Origin: Bdellovibrionales bacterium
GTDB taxonomy: Bacteria; Pseudomonadota; Alphaproteobacteria; Micavibrionales; UBA2020
Reading direction: 5' to 3'
Assembly: GCA_038247245.1 (NCBI GenBank)
Contig: JBBRVE010000005.1
Coordinates: 737-64,736, forward strand
Length of the DNA: 64,000 nt
A program made the translations under genes and the position numbers. Positions within the stretch are counted from its first letter, which is position 1. Each line of letters opens with the position of its first letter. The notes beneath the pieces are model-generated. The model was not told the DNA's origin, ran no database searches, and saw nothing but the letters and a program-made list of their open reading frames with translations. This document shows positions 1-9,326 of this stretch, in pieces.

Positions 1-1
1 T

Positions 2-3000
2 GTCGGCGCGGTTGCGCAGGCGCAGATTTTCGAAGCCTTCCGCCATCCCGGCGACCCCTACCTGAAGGGGCAGGGCGTCACCGAACTGGATGCGACCGCC
101 GGCACGATTGCCGGATCGAGCGGCCTGTTCGACCTGCGCGTGCAGGGTAACGGCATTTCGACCGACTATGCGCTGATGGCGCTCGACAAGGTTTTGCGTC
201 AGGGCATGGCTAGCAACCCCACCGGCGGCGCGCTGCAAAACGCGCTGGGCGGCCTGATGCAGATTTATAACTCCGGTATGCTTGTCGTCGCCTGCCTGAT
301 GATCGGCTGGATGGTCATTTCCGTCATCATCGACACCGCGAAAACCGGTACGGTCGGTGGCGGACGCCACAACATGGTCTGGGTTCCTATCCGCGTGCTG
401 TTCGCGCTTGGCATCATGTTCCCGCTGGGCTCCGCCGGTTTCTCGGGCGGCCAGTACATGGTCGTGAAGCTTGCGGAATGGGGTTCCAACTTCGGTACGC
501 GCGGCTGGGCGACTTATGTCGCTTCCATCGTCGGCAACCAGACGCTGCTGTCGCCCTATACCGTCAACAACAACACCAACGTCGTCACCTCGATCAACAA
601 AATCATGGTCTGCCAGGTGGCGTACAACACCTATCTGCAGCAGCGCACCGGCGCGCTTGATGCCGATCAGGTGATCGAGCTGAAGCAGGACACAATGAGC
701 GGCGCGCCCGGCACCCCGCAGCAAAGCCAGCTTTACATCACCAACCGTTACAGCAACAACACCGCCAACAATATCTGCGGTGCGATCAAGTTTGCGACGG
801 CCGCGACGCCCGACGACAATAACCAGTTCCTCGACTGGAGCACGGCGACGCCGAACACGGCAATGACTGCGTCGACCACGACCGGCACCATGCCCGACAA
901 CAACTATAAAAACGTCGGCATGGCAACCGCCGTGAAAGGTTTCCGCGATGCGATGCGTGGCGCGCTGTCTGCCGATCTGGCTGACACCCCGACCGGCGTT
1001 GGCGCGGGTTCTGTCGTGACCGATGCCCGCCAGTTCGCCTGCCAGTTCGTTTCCCGTCGTTTCAGCGATGGCGGCGGCGCGGGCAACCCCGTGGCCGATA
1101 TTCCGATGTGCGGAGGCGCAGCGGCTGCCGCCACCGACCCCGATACGGCGTCGCACCAGAACATGCTGAACACCATGCAGGCCGCGATGATGGCCGCCTA
1201 TACCGGCGGCGGACGCGGCGCGCTCAACAACTATGTGGGCACCACATCGGCCAGCCCGATGATGACCGAAATGTCGAGCCGCGGCTGGGCCGGCATGGCC
1301 ATGTGGTATCAGGACATTGCGAACCTGAACAACGTGCAGTACACGGCGCAGGAACCGATGGCAACGGTCGAGCCCGGCTCGATCTGGTCGGGTTCCGGCG
1401 GTGCGGGCTGGGAGCGTTGCGCGGGTGATGCCAGTGAATCAGGCGAGCAGTGCAAAATCTCCGGCCTTGAGGACAAAGTGTTCTCGGTCATGAACGAATA
1501 CGACCGTTGGTGGGGTGTTTCCGGCCTTTCGGGTGCGCCCGGTAAAGTTGGCCAGGCCGCGGCTTCGTCCAACCAGGAACTGAACCCCGCGGTTGGCTCC
1601 TCGATCGGCTCGATCCTGTCATGGATCGGCAACGTGTCGATCGGCGACAACGGCATCCTGACCGTGCTGACGCGCTTTATCTTCCCGCGTGCGGCCGGCG
1701 TGTTCCTGTTCAAGGCTGTCGACCTGTCGGCGACCAACACCTATCCGCTGGCGCAGCTGTCGGACACCGGCCATAGCGTGCTGGGCATCGGCGCGCTGCT
1801 GTGGACGGGCGTCTCGATCCTGCAGGCTGTCTCCACGATTGACGGCGCGGGTTTCTCGCTGGGTAAAGGTCTTGCCTTCTCGGCGCTGATGGGCGCGCTT
1901 GCCTCCGTCGGCTCCATGATGATTTTGGCGGGCTGCGTGATTTCCTTCTATCTGCCGGCGCTGCCGTTTATCCGCGTCGCGTTTTCGGTGCTGACATGGC
2001 TGACCTCGGTGTTCGAGGCTGTCGTGATGGTACCGGTTGCGGCGCTGACCCACCTGTCCACCATGGGGCCCGGCCTGATGGGTAACCACGGGCGGACGGC
2101 CTGGACGCTGTGGTTCAACGTCTTTATGCGCCCGATCCTGACTGTTTTCGGCTTTGTCGCCGGTATGCTGTGCTATTCGACCTTCGCTGTGTTCTTCCAC
2201 ACGACGTTCGAACAGGGCGCGGCATCGGTGATGTCGACGCATTGGTACCCGATGCAGATCCTTGCCAAGGTCGCGTATTCGGTTATCTATCTCGGCACGC
2301 TTTATGCGGCTGCGAACACCTCTTTCAAGCTGCTGGACGTATTCCCCAACCACCTGATGCGCTGGCTGGGTGAATGGGGCGCGAAACAGGATACGGCGCT
2401 GCTCGACGGCCGTTCCAACATCGGCGGCGGCCTCGGCTTCGCGGGTGCGACACTGATCAAGAACCTGGAATCGGCGATCCCGATGTCGCAGGGCTGGAAC
2501 GTGCGTAACCTGATCAAGAGCGACGACGAACTGACCAACCTCAGAAACCCGAACAGTGTCGCGTCCCGCGCGGTGGCCATGGGCGTGCGTGACGAACTGC
2601 TGACCGATACCAAACTTGCGCGCAAGGAATCGGATATGCAGCTTGCCCGTTCCCGCATGACCGCGGATGAACGCGACCGCATGGCCAATATGTCGTCGGG
2701 CGACAAGGACCGCTTCCTGCAGCACAAATTCCTGGAGCAGGAGAACAAAAAATATAAACGCTTCGGCTTCGAGCGCGGCATCGGCTACAGCCTGAACACG
2801 ACCGGCAAGGCAGGGTACAGCAGTTTGGGCACCTCCGTTGCGGGCCTGAACATGCATGCCAGCATGAACCCGCGCCGCTGGTTCTCCCGCAACGAGGGCG
2901 GCAAGAGTATGGGCGGTTCCGGCTTCCATTTCGGTGAAAAACTGGCCGGTCACGGCCAGCGCGGCCACAAGGACAACGACCAGGGCTTCCGCGAACTGGA

Positions 3001-3715
3001 CGGCCCGTCGATTGGTCGCAGCCAGATGGCCGGTATTTCCGTCTCCGACAGCGCGCTCGATGGCGCTCTCTCGGGTGGCGCCGGCTCGGGCATGGACCTG
3101 ATGAACGCAACCCAGATGGCAAGCGTGCGCCAGAAAATCGAAAACCAGATGTCGGGCGCCGACGCCGTCAACTATGTGTCGATGTCGGATGCGGACAAAG
3201 ACAGCTTTATCCGCCGCTATTACGAAACCGACCCTGAACTGTTCGCGCCTGGCGTGGGCAAATCGGGCACGGACGCGATGTTCGGCTACATGAAAGCGCA
3301 GGACGAGCTGAATACAATCAGCAAATTGGGGCTTGGCGGTGCCGCCCTTGACGAGGCGACTCGCGAACCCCGCCAGACGATCGGCTATGCGCAAGCGATG
3401 TGGGAAGAGAAAAACGCAGGTTCCGACGTCAACTCGCAATGGGGCTTCATGACCCGCGATGAAAAAGCGGCCGTCGCCATGGCGCACGGCAAGCTGGTGG
3501 AATCGCGTGACCGTGCGGCCGAGAACGAAATGTCATCCGAACAGCGTATGGCATGGAAAAACGCCGATATCGCAAAACGCGAGCAATTCTCGGATGCGAA
3601 ATACGCCGAAAGCGTGATGCGCGGGCTGGTTGCCAAGGGCGTTGCGAACGAAGGCAAGCTCAACGACCTGATCAAGGCGAACGAAGCGCTGGGTGCCAAG
3701 CTGTTCAAGATCTGA
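2..3715 (+). CDS. dotA: DotA/TraY-family type IVB secretion membrane protein, paralog 1 (5'-truncated by window edge)
   Basis: Frame open from base 2 (VGAVAQAQIFEAFRHPGDPY aligns with paralog 2 VGEVAQAQLFFTHPGNPY). DotA/TraY-like motifs: DTAKTGTVGG..W.PIR, RGWAGMAMWY, YPLAQLSDTGH, SFYLPALPF, FEAVVMVPVAAL, NVFMRPILTVFG, P...MRWLG; multiple TM segments. Confidence 0.8.
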   Translation, partial: VGAVAQAQIFEAFRHPGDPYLKGQGVTELDATAGTIAGSSGLFDLRVQGNGISTDYALMALDKVLRQGMASNPTGGALQNALGGLMQIYNSGMLVVACLMIGWMVISVIIDTAKTGTVGGGRHNMVWVPIRVLFALGIMFPLGSAGFSGGQYMVVKLAEWGSNFGTRGWATYVASIVGNQTLLSPYTVNNNTNVVTSINKIMVCQVAYNTYLQQRTGALDADQVIELKQDTMSGAPGTPQQSQLYITNRYSNNTANNICGAIKFATAATPDDNNQFLDWSTATPNTAMTASTTTGTMPDNNYKNVGMATAVKGFRDAMRGALSADLADTPTGVGAGSVVTDARQFACQFVSRRFSDGGGAGNPVADIPMCGGAAAAATDPDTASHQNMLNTMQAAMMAAYTGGGRGALNNYVGTTSASPMMTEMSSRGWAGMAMWYQDIANLNNVQYTAQEPMATVEPGSIWSGSGGAGWERCAGDASESGEQCKISGLEDKVFSVMNEYDRWWGVSGLSGAPGKVGQAAASSNQELNPAVGSSIGSILSWIGNVSIGDNGILTVLTRFIFPRAAGVFLFKAVDLSATNTYPLAQLSDTGHSVLGIGALLWTGVSILQAVSTIDGAGFSLGKGLAFSALMGALASVGSMMILAGCVISFYLPALPFIRVAFSVLTWLTSVFEAVVMVPVAALTHLSTMGPGLMGNHGRTAWTLWFNVFMRPILTVFGFVAGMLCYSTFAVFFHTTFEQGAASVMSTHWYPMQILAKVAYSVIYLGTLYAAANTSFKLLDVFPNHLMRWLGEWGAKQDTALLDGRSNIGGGLGFAGATLIKNLESAIPMSQGWNVRNLIKSDDELTNLRNPNSVASRAVAMGVRDELLTDTKLARKESDMQLARSRMTADERDRMANMSSGDKDRFLQHKFLEQENKKYKRFGFERGIGYSLNTTGKAGYSSLGTSVAGLNMHASMNPRRWFSRNEGGKSMGGSGFHFGEKLAGHGQRGHKDNDQGFRELDGPSIGRSQMAGISVSDSALDGALSGGAGSGMDLMNATQMASVRQKIENQMSGADAVNYVSMSDADKDSFIRRYYETDPELFAPGVGKSGTDAMFGYMKAQDELNTISKLGLGGAALDEATREPRQTIGYAQAMWEEKNAGSDVNSQWGFMTRDEKAAVAMAHGKLVESRDRAAENEMSSEQRMAWKNADIAKREQFSDAKYAESVMRGLVAKGVANEGKLNDLIKANEALGAKLFKI

Positions 3716-3743
3716 ACGGGTGTGCCTGTATCACGGTAATAAC

Positions 3744-3778
3744 GCACCGCCGGGCACATGTCCGGCGGTGTCTTTTTC
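3744..3778 (+). terminator. intrinsic terminator after dotA paralog 1
   Basis: caccgccggg-cacatg-tccggcggtg stem-loop followed by tctttttc. Confidence 0.7.
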
Positions 3779-3804
3779 GGGCGGGCGCATCACCGCCCCG
3801 CTGG

Positions 3805-3820
3805 TTAGGTTTTTGTTAAC
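3805..3820 (+). promoter_or_regulatory. CtrA-like box (1 mismatch)
   Basis: TTAG-gtttttg-TTAAC versus consensus TTAA-N7-TTAAC. Confidence 0.45.
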
Positions 3821-3877
3821 TATATGAGATTACTTGCCAATTCCGTCCCATAAAATTTTGCATAAATGTCCATAAAT

Positions 3878-3906
3878 TTGACGGTTTTAAGAAAAAGGCG
3901 TACAAT
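3878..3906 (+). promoter_or_regulatory. sigma70-type promoter of dotA paralog 2
   Basis: TTGACG-N17-TACAAT about 50 nt upstream of the ATG. Confidence 0.7.
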
Positions 3907-3956
3907 TTAAGAATAAGCCTGTTATAGGTTCCGGTCTTTATTTGCAGGGCAAAACC

Positions 3957-6900
3957 ATGAGCGATTCCAAGCATAAGGGTTTAATTGCGGACGGTCTTCG
4001 CGCACTCGCGGAGCTACGCAAGGACAAAAAGGCCGATGCCGCCGTCGAGAGATTCGCAACCGGCGAGCGTGTTACAGGCCGCCGCACCCTTACGGACGTA
4101 CAAAAAGCCGCCAGCCCCTATGCCGAAAAACGCGCGCTGGAGAAGCGCGAGATCGCGGAAGGCAAACGCCAGCCGTTCCGCATCAAGGGCTCCGCCATCG
4201 CCGCCTTCATGTTCCTGCCGCAGTTCAGCCTGTGCTTCCGCGGCTTTTCGCACATCTATCCCGTGTTCATGCGCATCATGGCGCAGGTGCTGGTGCAGGC
4301 GTCACTGCTGCCCAATGACCATCCCGCCGTGAACTATGGCGCCGAAGGCGTTCCCAATGTCAGCTTCCGCAAGATGATGGGTGATGTCTGGTTCAAGCTG
4401 CGCACCACGCGCCGCACCGGCATGTACCAGTACGGCATGTTCGCCGTCGTCGTCATGATGATCGTGACGCTGACTGCCACGATTGGTACTTTCTTCGCCC
4501 GTATCTTTCTGGGTGTCGGCGAAGTCGCACAGGCGCAGTTGTTCTTCACGCACCCCGGCAACCCCTACGGCGCCGGCGCGGGCAAGACAGACATGGGCAA
4601 CGTGGGTGCCATCACGGGCGCGGGCGGCCTGTTCGACGGCCGCGTCGCCAACAACAATATCTCGACCGATTACGGCCTGATGGTGCTGGACAAGATCCTG
4701 CGTCAGGCGGCAGCCGATACGCCGAATGGCGGCGCGCTGCAGAACGCCCTTGCCGGCATGATGGGCGCCTATAACACCGGCGTCATCACGATTGCCTGCG
4801 TCATGATGCTGTGGATGATCGTTTCCATTGTCATCGACACCGCAAAAACCGGTGTGTTCGGCGGCGGCCGCCATAACATGGTCTGGGCGCCGATCCGCGT
4901 GATGTTCGCGCTTGGCCTGCTGTTCCCGCTCGGCTCGGGCTTTTCGTCCGGCCAGTATGCCGTGATGAAGCTTGCGGAATGGGGTTCCAACTTCGGTACG
5001 CGCGCCTGGTCGCAATATGTGGCGGGCGTTGTGGGCGACCAGTCGCTGCTGGCGCCCTTCGCGGTCAATAACGCAACCTCCCTCGTCAACAGCATCGGCA
5101 AGGTGATGGTCTGCCAGGTGGCCTTCAACACCTACCTGCAGCAAACGCAGGGCGGCCTGCCGCCCGACCAGGTGATCCGTCGCGTGCAGGACGTGACGCC
5201 GAACCTCGGCACCATCACAAACCGCTATACCAACAACACCGGCTCCAACGTCTGCGGCACGATCAGCTATTCGACCGCCTCCACCGCCGACGACATGGAC
5301 AAGTTCCTGGCGTGGTCGGCGATGGTGCCTTCGACCCCGATGACGGGCTCGACTCCGATTGTGAGCGGCACGGATTATAACGCTGCCCCCAACTTCACGA
5401 TTGCCGCCCGCGCGTTCCGTAATGCGATGCGTGGCGCGCTGGAACCTGCGATGCAGGACAGCGCGACCAGCGCGCTGGGTTCCGGCGGTACGGTCATTGA
5501 AATGGCCCGCCGCTTCGCCTGCCGCTATGTTGCCCGCAAATTCCCGGACGGCGGCACGGGCACCAGCCCTGTCGGCGCGATTCCTCAATGCGACGCGGCG
5601 ACGACGGCTGCGGCCGCTGCCGACCCCACGATGGCCGAACAGCAGGCAATGTCGAACCAGTTGCAGACCGACATCATGGCCGCCTATGACGGCCCCGGCA
5701 AAACCGCCCTGACGACCTATATCGGCGGCCCGATGGTGGCGCAGATGAATGCGCGCGGCTGGGCGGGCATGGGCATGTGGTATCAGGACATCACCAACAT
5801 GAACAGCCTGATGGCAGGCGCACAACAACCGACCGCGACCGTTGAACCGGGTTCCGTGTGGATCGGTGCCGGCGGATCCGGCTGGCTGCGTTGCATCGGA
5901 TCGAAAATCATCGGCCGCTCGTGCCGTATCTCGGGCCTCGAGGAAAAAGTCCTCGGCGCGCTCGACGGCTACGACAAATGGTGGGCGAACTCGACGGCGC
6001 CCGGCAGCCCCGGCCGCAGCCTGAACACGGCTTCCACCGGCGGCCGCGACATCAACACGGGTTCCAGCGGAAGTTTGAAAAACCTGATGGCGGCGTTTAA
6101 AAACCTCTCGGGTGGCGACAACAACATCGCGTCGACGCTCGCGCGCTTCTTCGTGCCCAGCCATGGCGGCGCGTTTATCTTCCGCGCGGTCGATTTGGCC
6201 GCAACCGGCACTTACCCCCTCGCGCAGCTGGCCAATACCGGCCATAGCGTGCTGGGTACGGGCGCCCTGCTCTGGGGCGGCGTGACACTGGTGCAGGCGG
6301 TATCGACGCTGAAAGGCTTCGGCTTCTCGCTTGGTATCGGTGTCGCCGTTTCCTCGCTGCTCAACGCGTTTGCCACGATCGGTACCGCGATGATCGTGTC
6401 GGGCCTGATGATTTCCTTCTACCTGCCTGTTCTGCCGTTCCTGCGCGTTGCCTTCTCGGTCCTGACCTGGATGGTGTCGGTGTTCGAGGCGGTGGTGATG
6501 GTGCCTGTCGCGGCGCTGGCGCACCTGGTCTCGACCGGTGACGGCCTGACGGCGGGGCAGCCGCAGTTGCGCACGGCATGGATCATGTGGCTGAACGTGC
6601 TGATGCGCCCTGTGCTGACGGTGATGGGCTTTGTCGCCGGTATGCTGATCTATAATACCTTTGCTGTGTTCTTCCACACGACCTTCTCGCAGGGTGCTGC
6701 TTCGGTCATCTCGTCCAACAACTACTTCATGGCGCTGATGGCCAAGGTCTGTTATTCGGTCATCTATCTGGGCACGCTGTACACGGCTGCGAACACTTCG
6801 TTCAAGCTGCTCGACATCTTCCCGGAAAACCTGATCCGCTGGATGGGCGGTTCGCCGGATCGCAGCGTCTCTGCTTCGCTGGGTCAGGGCCATGACGGCA

Positions 6901-7253
6901 ACATGTACGCTGCAACCCGCGTCTTCAACCAGATGCAGCCGCGAGGCGACGTGGCGATCAAGGATGCGGATACTCTTGCTGCCGAGCGCCAGCAACTGGC
7001 AAGCCGTGCCGACAACATGAAGGCGAACGCCAAGGACAAAGCGCTGAGCGGCGACGAACGCAAGCAGGCCGCGATCGACAAGAGCAACACGATCGACGGG
7101 CTGAACGCCAAGGACAAAGCCGCCTACAACAAGATGAGCCCCGACAAGCAGGACGATTTCCTGGCATCCAAGTTCAAGGAACAGGCAAACGCCAAATACG
7201 TCCGCCTGCCATGGGAAAAAGGCCTCACCGGCAAGCGCGGTTACCAGACCTAG
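3957..7253 (+). CDS. dotA: DotA/TraY-family type IVB secretion membrane protein, paralog 2
   Basis: Same motif set as paralog 1 (VWAPIRVMF, RGWAGMGMWY, YPLAQLANTGH, FYLPVLPF, NVLMRPVL, IRWMGG); ATG at 3957 preferred over TTG at 3942. Confidence 0.8.
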   Translation: MSDSKHKGLIADGLRALAELRKDKKADAAVERFATGERVTGRRTLTDVQKAASPYAEKRALEKREIAEGKRQPFRIKGSAIAAFMFLPQFSLCFRGFSHIYPVFMRIMAQVLVQASLLPNDHPAVNYGAEGVPNVSFRKMMGDVWFKLRTTRRTGMYQYGMFAVVVMMIVTLTATIGTFFARIFLGVGEVAQAQLFFTHPGNPYGAGAGKTDMGNVGAITGAGGLFDGRVANNNISTDYGLMVLDKILRQAAADTPNGGALQNALAGMMGAYNTGVITIACVMMLWMIVSIVIDTAKTGVFGGGRHNMVWAPIRVMFALGLLFPLGSGFSSGQYAVMKLAEWGSNFGTRAWSQYVAGVVGDQSLLAPFAVNNATSLVNSIGKVMVCQVAFNTYLQQTQGGLPPDQVIRRVQDVTPNLGTITNRYTNNTGSNVCGTISYSTASTADDMDKFLAWSAMVPSTPMTGSTPIVSGTDYNAAPNFTIAARAFRNAMRGALEPAMQDSATSALGSGGTVIEMARRFACRYVARKFPDGGTGTSPVGAIPQCDAATTAAAAADPTMAEQQAMSNQLQTDIMAAYDGPGKTALTTYIGGPMVAQMNARGWAGMGMWYQDITNMNSLMAGAQQPTATVEPGSVWIGAGGSGWLRCIGSKIIGRSCRISGLEEKVLGALDGYDKWWANSTAPGSPGRSLNTASTGGRDINTGSSGSLKNLMAAFKNLSGGDNNIASTLARFFVPSHGGAFIFRAVDLAATGTYPLAQLANTGHSVLGTGALLWGGVTLVQAVSTLKGFGFSLGIGVAVSSLLNAFATIGTAMIVSGLMISFYLPVLPFLRVAFSVLTWMVSVFEAVVMVPVAALAHLVSTGDGLTAGQPQLRTAWIMWLNVLMRPVLTVMGFVAGMLIYNTFAVFFHTTFSQGAASVISSNNYFMALMAKVCYSVIYLGTLYTAANTSFKLLDIFPENLIRWMGGSPDRSVSASLGQGHDGNMYAATRVFNQMQPRGDVAIKDADTLAAERQQLASRADNMKANAKDKALSGDERKQAAIDKSNTIDGLNAKDKAAYNKMSPDKQDDFLASKFKEQANAKYVRLPWEKGLTGKRGYQT

Positions 7254-7275
7254 CAACGCCGATATTATCTTCGAT

Positions 7276-7307
7276 AAAACCGCCGGGCCTGAAACCCCGG
7301 CGGTTTT
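7276..7307. terminator. intrinsic terminator (bidirectional form)
   Basis: aaaaccgccggg-cctgaaac-cccggcggtttt. Confidence 0.75.
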
Positions 7308-7366
7308 CGTTTGAGCATGGGGTTTCGGTTCCCCGCATTTGCACAAAAATGCCGCATTTGTGCGTC

Positions 7367-7395
7367 TTGCCACCGGTGACCGGGGCGGGTATAGT
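7367..7395 (+). promoter_or_regulatory. sigma70-type promoter of yej operon
   Basis: TTGCCA-N17-TATAGT; RBS AGGAG before ATG 7445. Confidence 0.55.
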
Positions 7396-7444
7396 AACCC
7401 CACGGCATCTGATGCTTAACCCCTTGGATTATCAGGAGATTTAA

Positions 7445-9304
7445 ATGGCGCGCACCGGGTTGTTAAAGGGTCTGGCAATTGCTTGCCTGCTGGCGGTTTC
7501 CGGTGCCGCGATGGCGCAGGAAACTTCAGCGGCCGCGCCAGCTGCGGTGCCCGCCGTTGCCATGCATGGCACGCCGAAATACGGCGCGGATTTCACGCAT
7601 TTCGAATACACCAACCCCGATGCGCCGAAGGGCGGCCAAATCCGGCTGGCGGCGTCCGGTACTTTCGATACGCTCAATGGTTTCATCATCAAGGGTGTAC
7701 CGGCTCCCGGCCTTGGCATGATTTACCAGCCCCTCACATCAAAGTCGGATGACGAAGCCTTCACGCAATACGGCCAGATCGCCCAAACCATCGAAATGCC
7801 GGAAGACCGCAGCTGGGTCGTGTTCAACCTGCGCAAGGAAGCAAAGTGGAGCGACGGCAAGCCGCTGACCGCCGACGACGTGGTGTTTACCTTCAATACT
7901 CTGATGAAGGATGGCCACCCGTTTTACCGCGCCTACTACGCGAATGTGAAAGAGGCAAAGGCCGAAACTCCGACCCGCGTAAAATTTACCTTTAACATGG
8001 CGGGCAACCGCGAACTGCCGCTTATCATGGGCGAAATGCAGGTGCTGCCCAGGCATTACTGGGAAGGCAAGAAATTCGACGCGACCACGCTCGAGGCACC
8101 GATTGGTTCCGGCGCGTACAAAATCAAGTCGGTCGATGCCGGCAAGCGCATTGTGTACGAACGCGTGAAAAACTGGTGGGGCGAAAACCTGCCCGTGAAC
8201 AAGGGGCAATATAACTTCGACACCGTCGTCTACGACCTTTACCGCGATGAAACCGTGCTGCTGCAGGCGTTGTTTGCGGGCGAATATGATTTCCGCGCCG
8301 AAAACCAGGCGAAAGCGTGGAATTCGGAATACAATACCGTTCCCGTCACCGAAGGCTGGATCAAGAAAGACGAGATCCACCACAGCCTGCCGTCCGGCAT
8401 GCAGGGCTTTATCTTTAACACCCGCCGCAACATATTCTCCGACGTACTGACGCGTCGCGCGCTTGGCTATGCGTTCGACTTTGAATGGTCGAACAAGCAA
8501 TTCGCGTTCGGTTCCTATAAACGCACCAACAGCTACTTCGACAACTCCGAACTTGCCGCAACAGGCCGCCCGCAGGGACGGGAGCTGGAAATCCTTGAAA
8601 AATACCGCGGCAAAATCCCGAACGAAATTTTCGTCGATGAATTCAAAAGCCCCGTGACCGATGGTTCGGGTGCCGATATGCGCGACAATCTGTCGATGGC
8701 AAAGCGCCTGCTGGCCGCAGCCGGCTGGCGCATGGGCGCCGGCAAGGTGCTGGTGCGCGGCGCGGATGTCATGAAATTCGAAATCCTGCTGTCCAGCCCC
8801 ATGTTCGAACGCTGGGTCGGCCCGTTTGCGGCGAACCTGAAAAAACTGGGCGCTGTCGTCACGGTGCGCACGATCGACCCGACGCAGTACCAGAACCGCA
8901 TGGACAGTTTCGATTTCGACGTCACGGTCGGCACCTTCGGCCAGTCGCTGTCGCCCGGCAATGAACAGCGCGATTATTGGGGCTCCGACAAGGTCAACGT
9001 GAAGGGCAGCCGCAACCTGATCGGCATCAAGGATCCCGTGGTGGACGAACTCATCGACCTCGTCATCACCGCGAAAGACCGCGAGGAGCTGCTGGCCGCA
9101 ACGCACGCGCTCGACCGTATCCTGCTGTGGAGCTATTACCTGATCCCGCATTGGCATATCGATTACTTCCGCATCGCCTATTGGGATAAATTCGGCCGCC
9201 CCGACATCACGCCCAAATACGGCCTCGGCATCCCCTACAACTGGTGGTATGACAAGAAAAAGGCCGATGTAGTGGCCGAACGCCTGAAAACCCTGAAAAA
9301 ATAA
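7445..9304 (+). CDS. yejA: ABC transporter substrate-binding protein (family 5, YejA)
   Basis: Signal peptide; AMHGTPKY..DFTHFEY.NPDAPKGG, GTFDTLN.FIIKG, NFD.VVYD.YRD, FDFEWSNK signatures. Confidence 0.92.
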   Translation: MARTGLLKGLAIACLLAVSGAAMAQETSAAAPAAVPAVAMHGTPKYGADFTHFEYTNPDAPKGGQIRLAASGTFDTLNGFIIKGVPAPGLGMIYQPLTSKSDDEAFTQYGQIAQTIEMPEDRSWVVFNLRKEAKWSDGKPLTADDVVFTFNTLMKDGHPFYRAYYANVKEAKAETPTRVKFTFNMAGNRELPLIMGEMQVLPRHYWEGKKFDATTLEAPIGSGAYKIKSVDAGKRIVYERVKNWWGENLPVNKGQYNFDTVVYDLYRDETVLLQALFAGEYDFRAENQAKAWNSEYNTVPVTEGWIKKDEIHHSLPSGMQGFIFNTRRNIFSDVLTRRALGYAFDFEWSNKQFAFGSYKRTNSYFDNSELAATGRPQGRELEILEKYRGKIPNEIFVDEFKSPVTDGSGADMRDNLSMAKRLLAAAGWRMGAGKVLVRGADVMKFEILLSSPMFERWVGPFAANLKKLGAVVTVRTIDPTQYQNRMDSFDFDVTVGTFGQSLSPGNEQRDYWGSDKVNVKGSRNLIGIKDPVVDELIDLVITAKDREELLAATHALDRILLWSYYLIPHWHIDYFRIAYWDKFGRPDITPKYGLGIPYNWWYDKKKADVVAERLKTLKK

Positions 9305-9326
9305 TTGCGCCCGAAGGAAATCAACC

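Noticed and set aside
1619-7403. Long minus-strand ORFs 1619-3487 (622 aa) and 4302-7403 (1033 aa)
   Set aside because: Antisense shadows of the dotA genes caused by GC-biased codon usage; no motifs, typical shadow composition.
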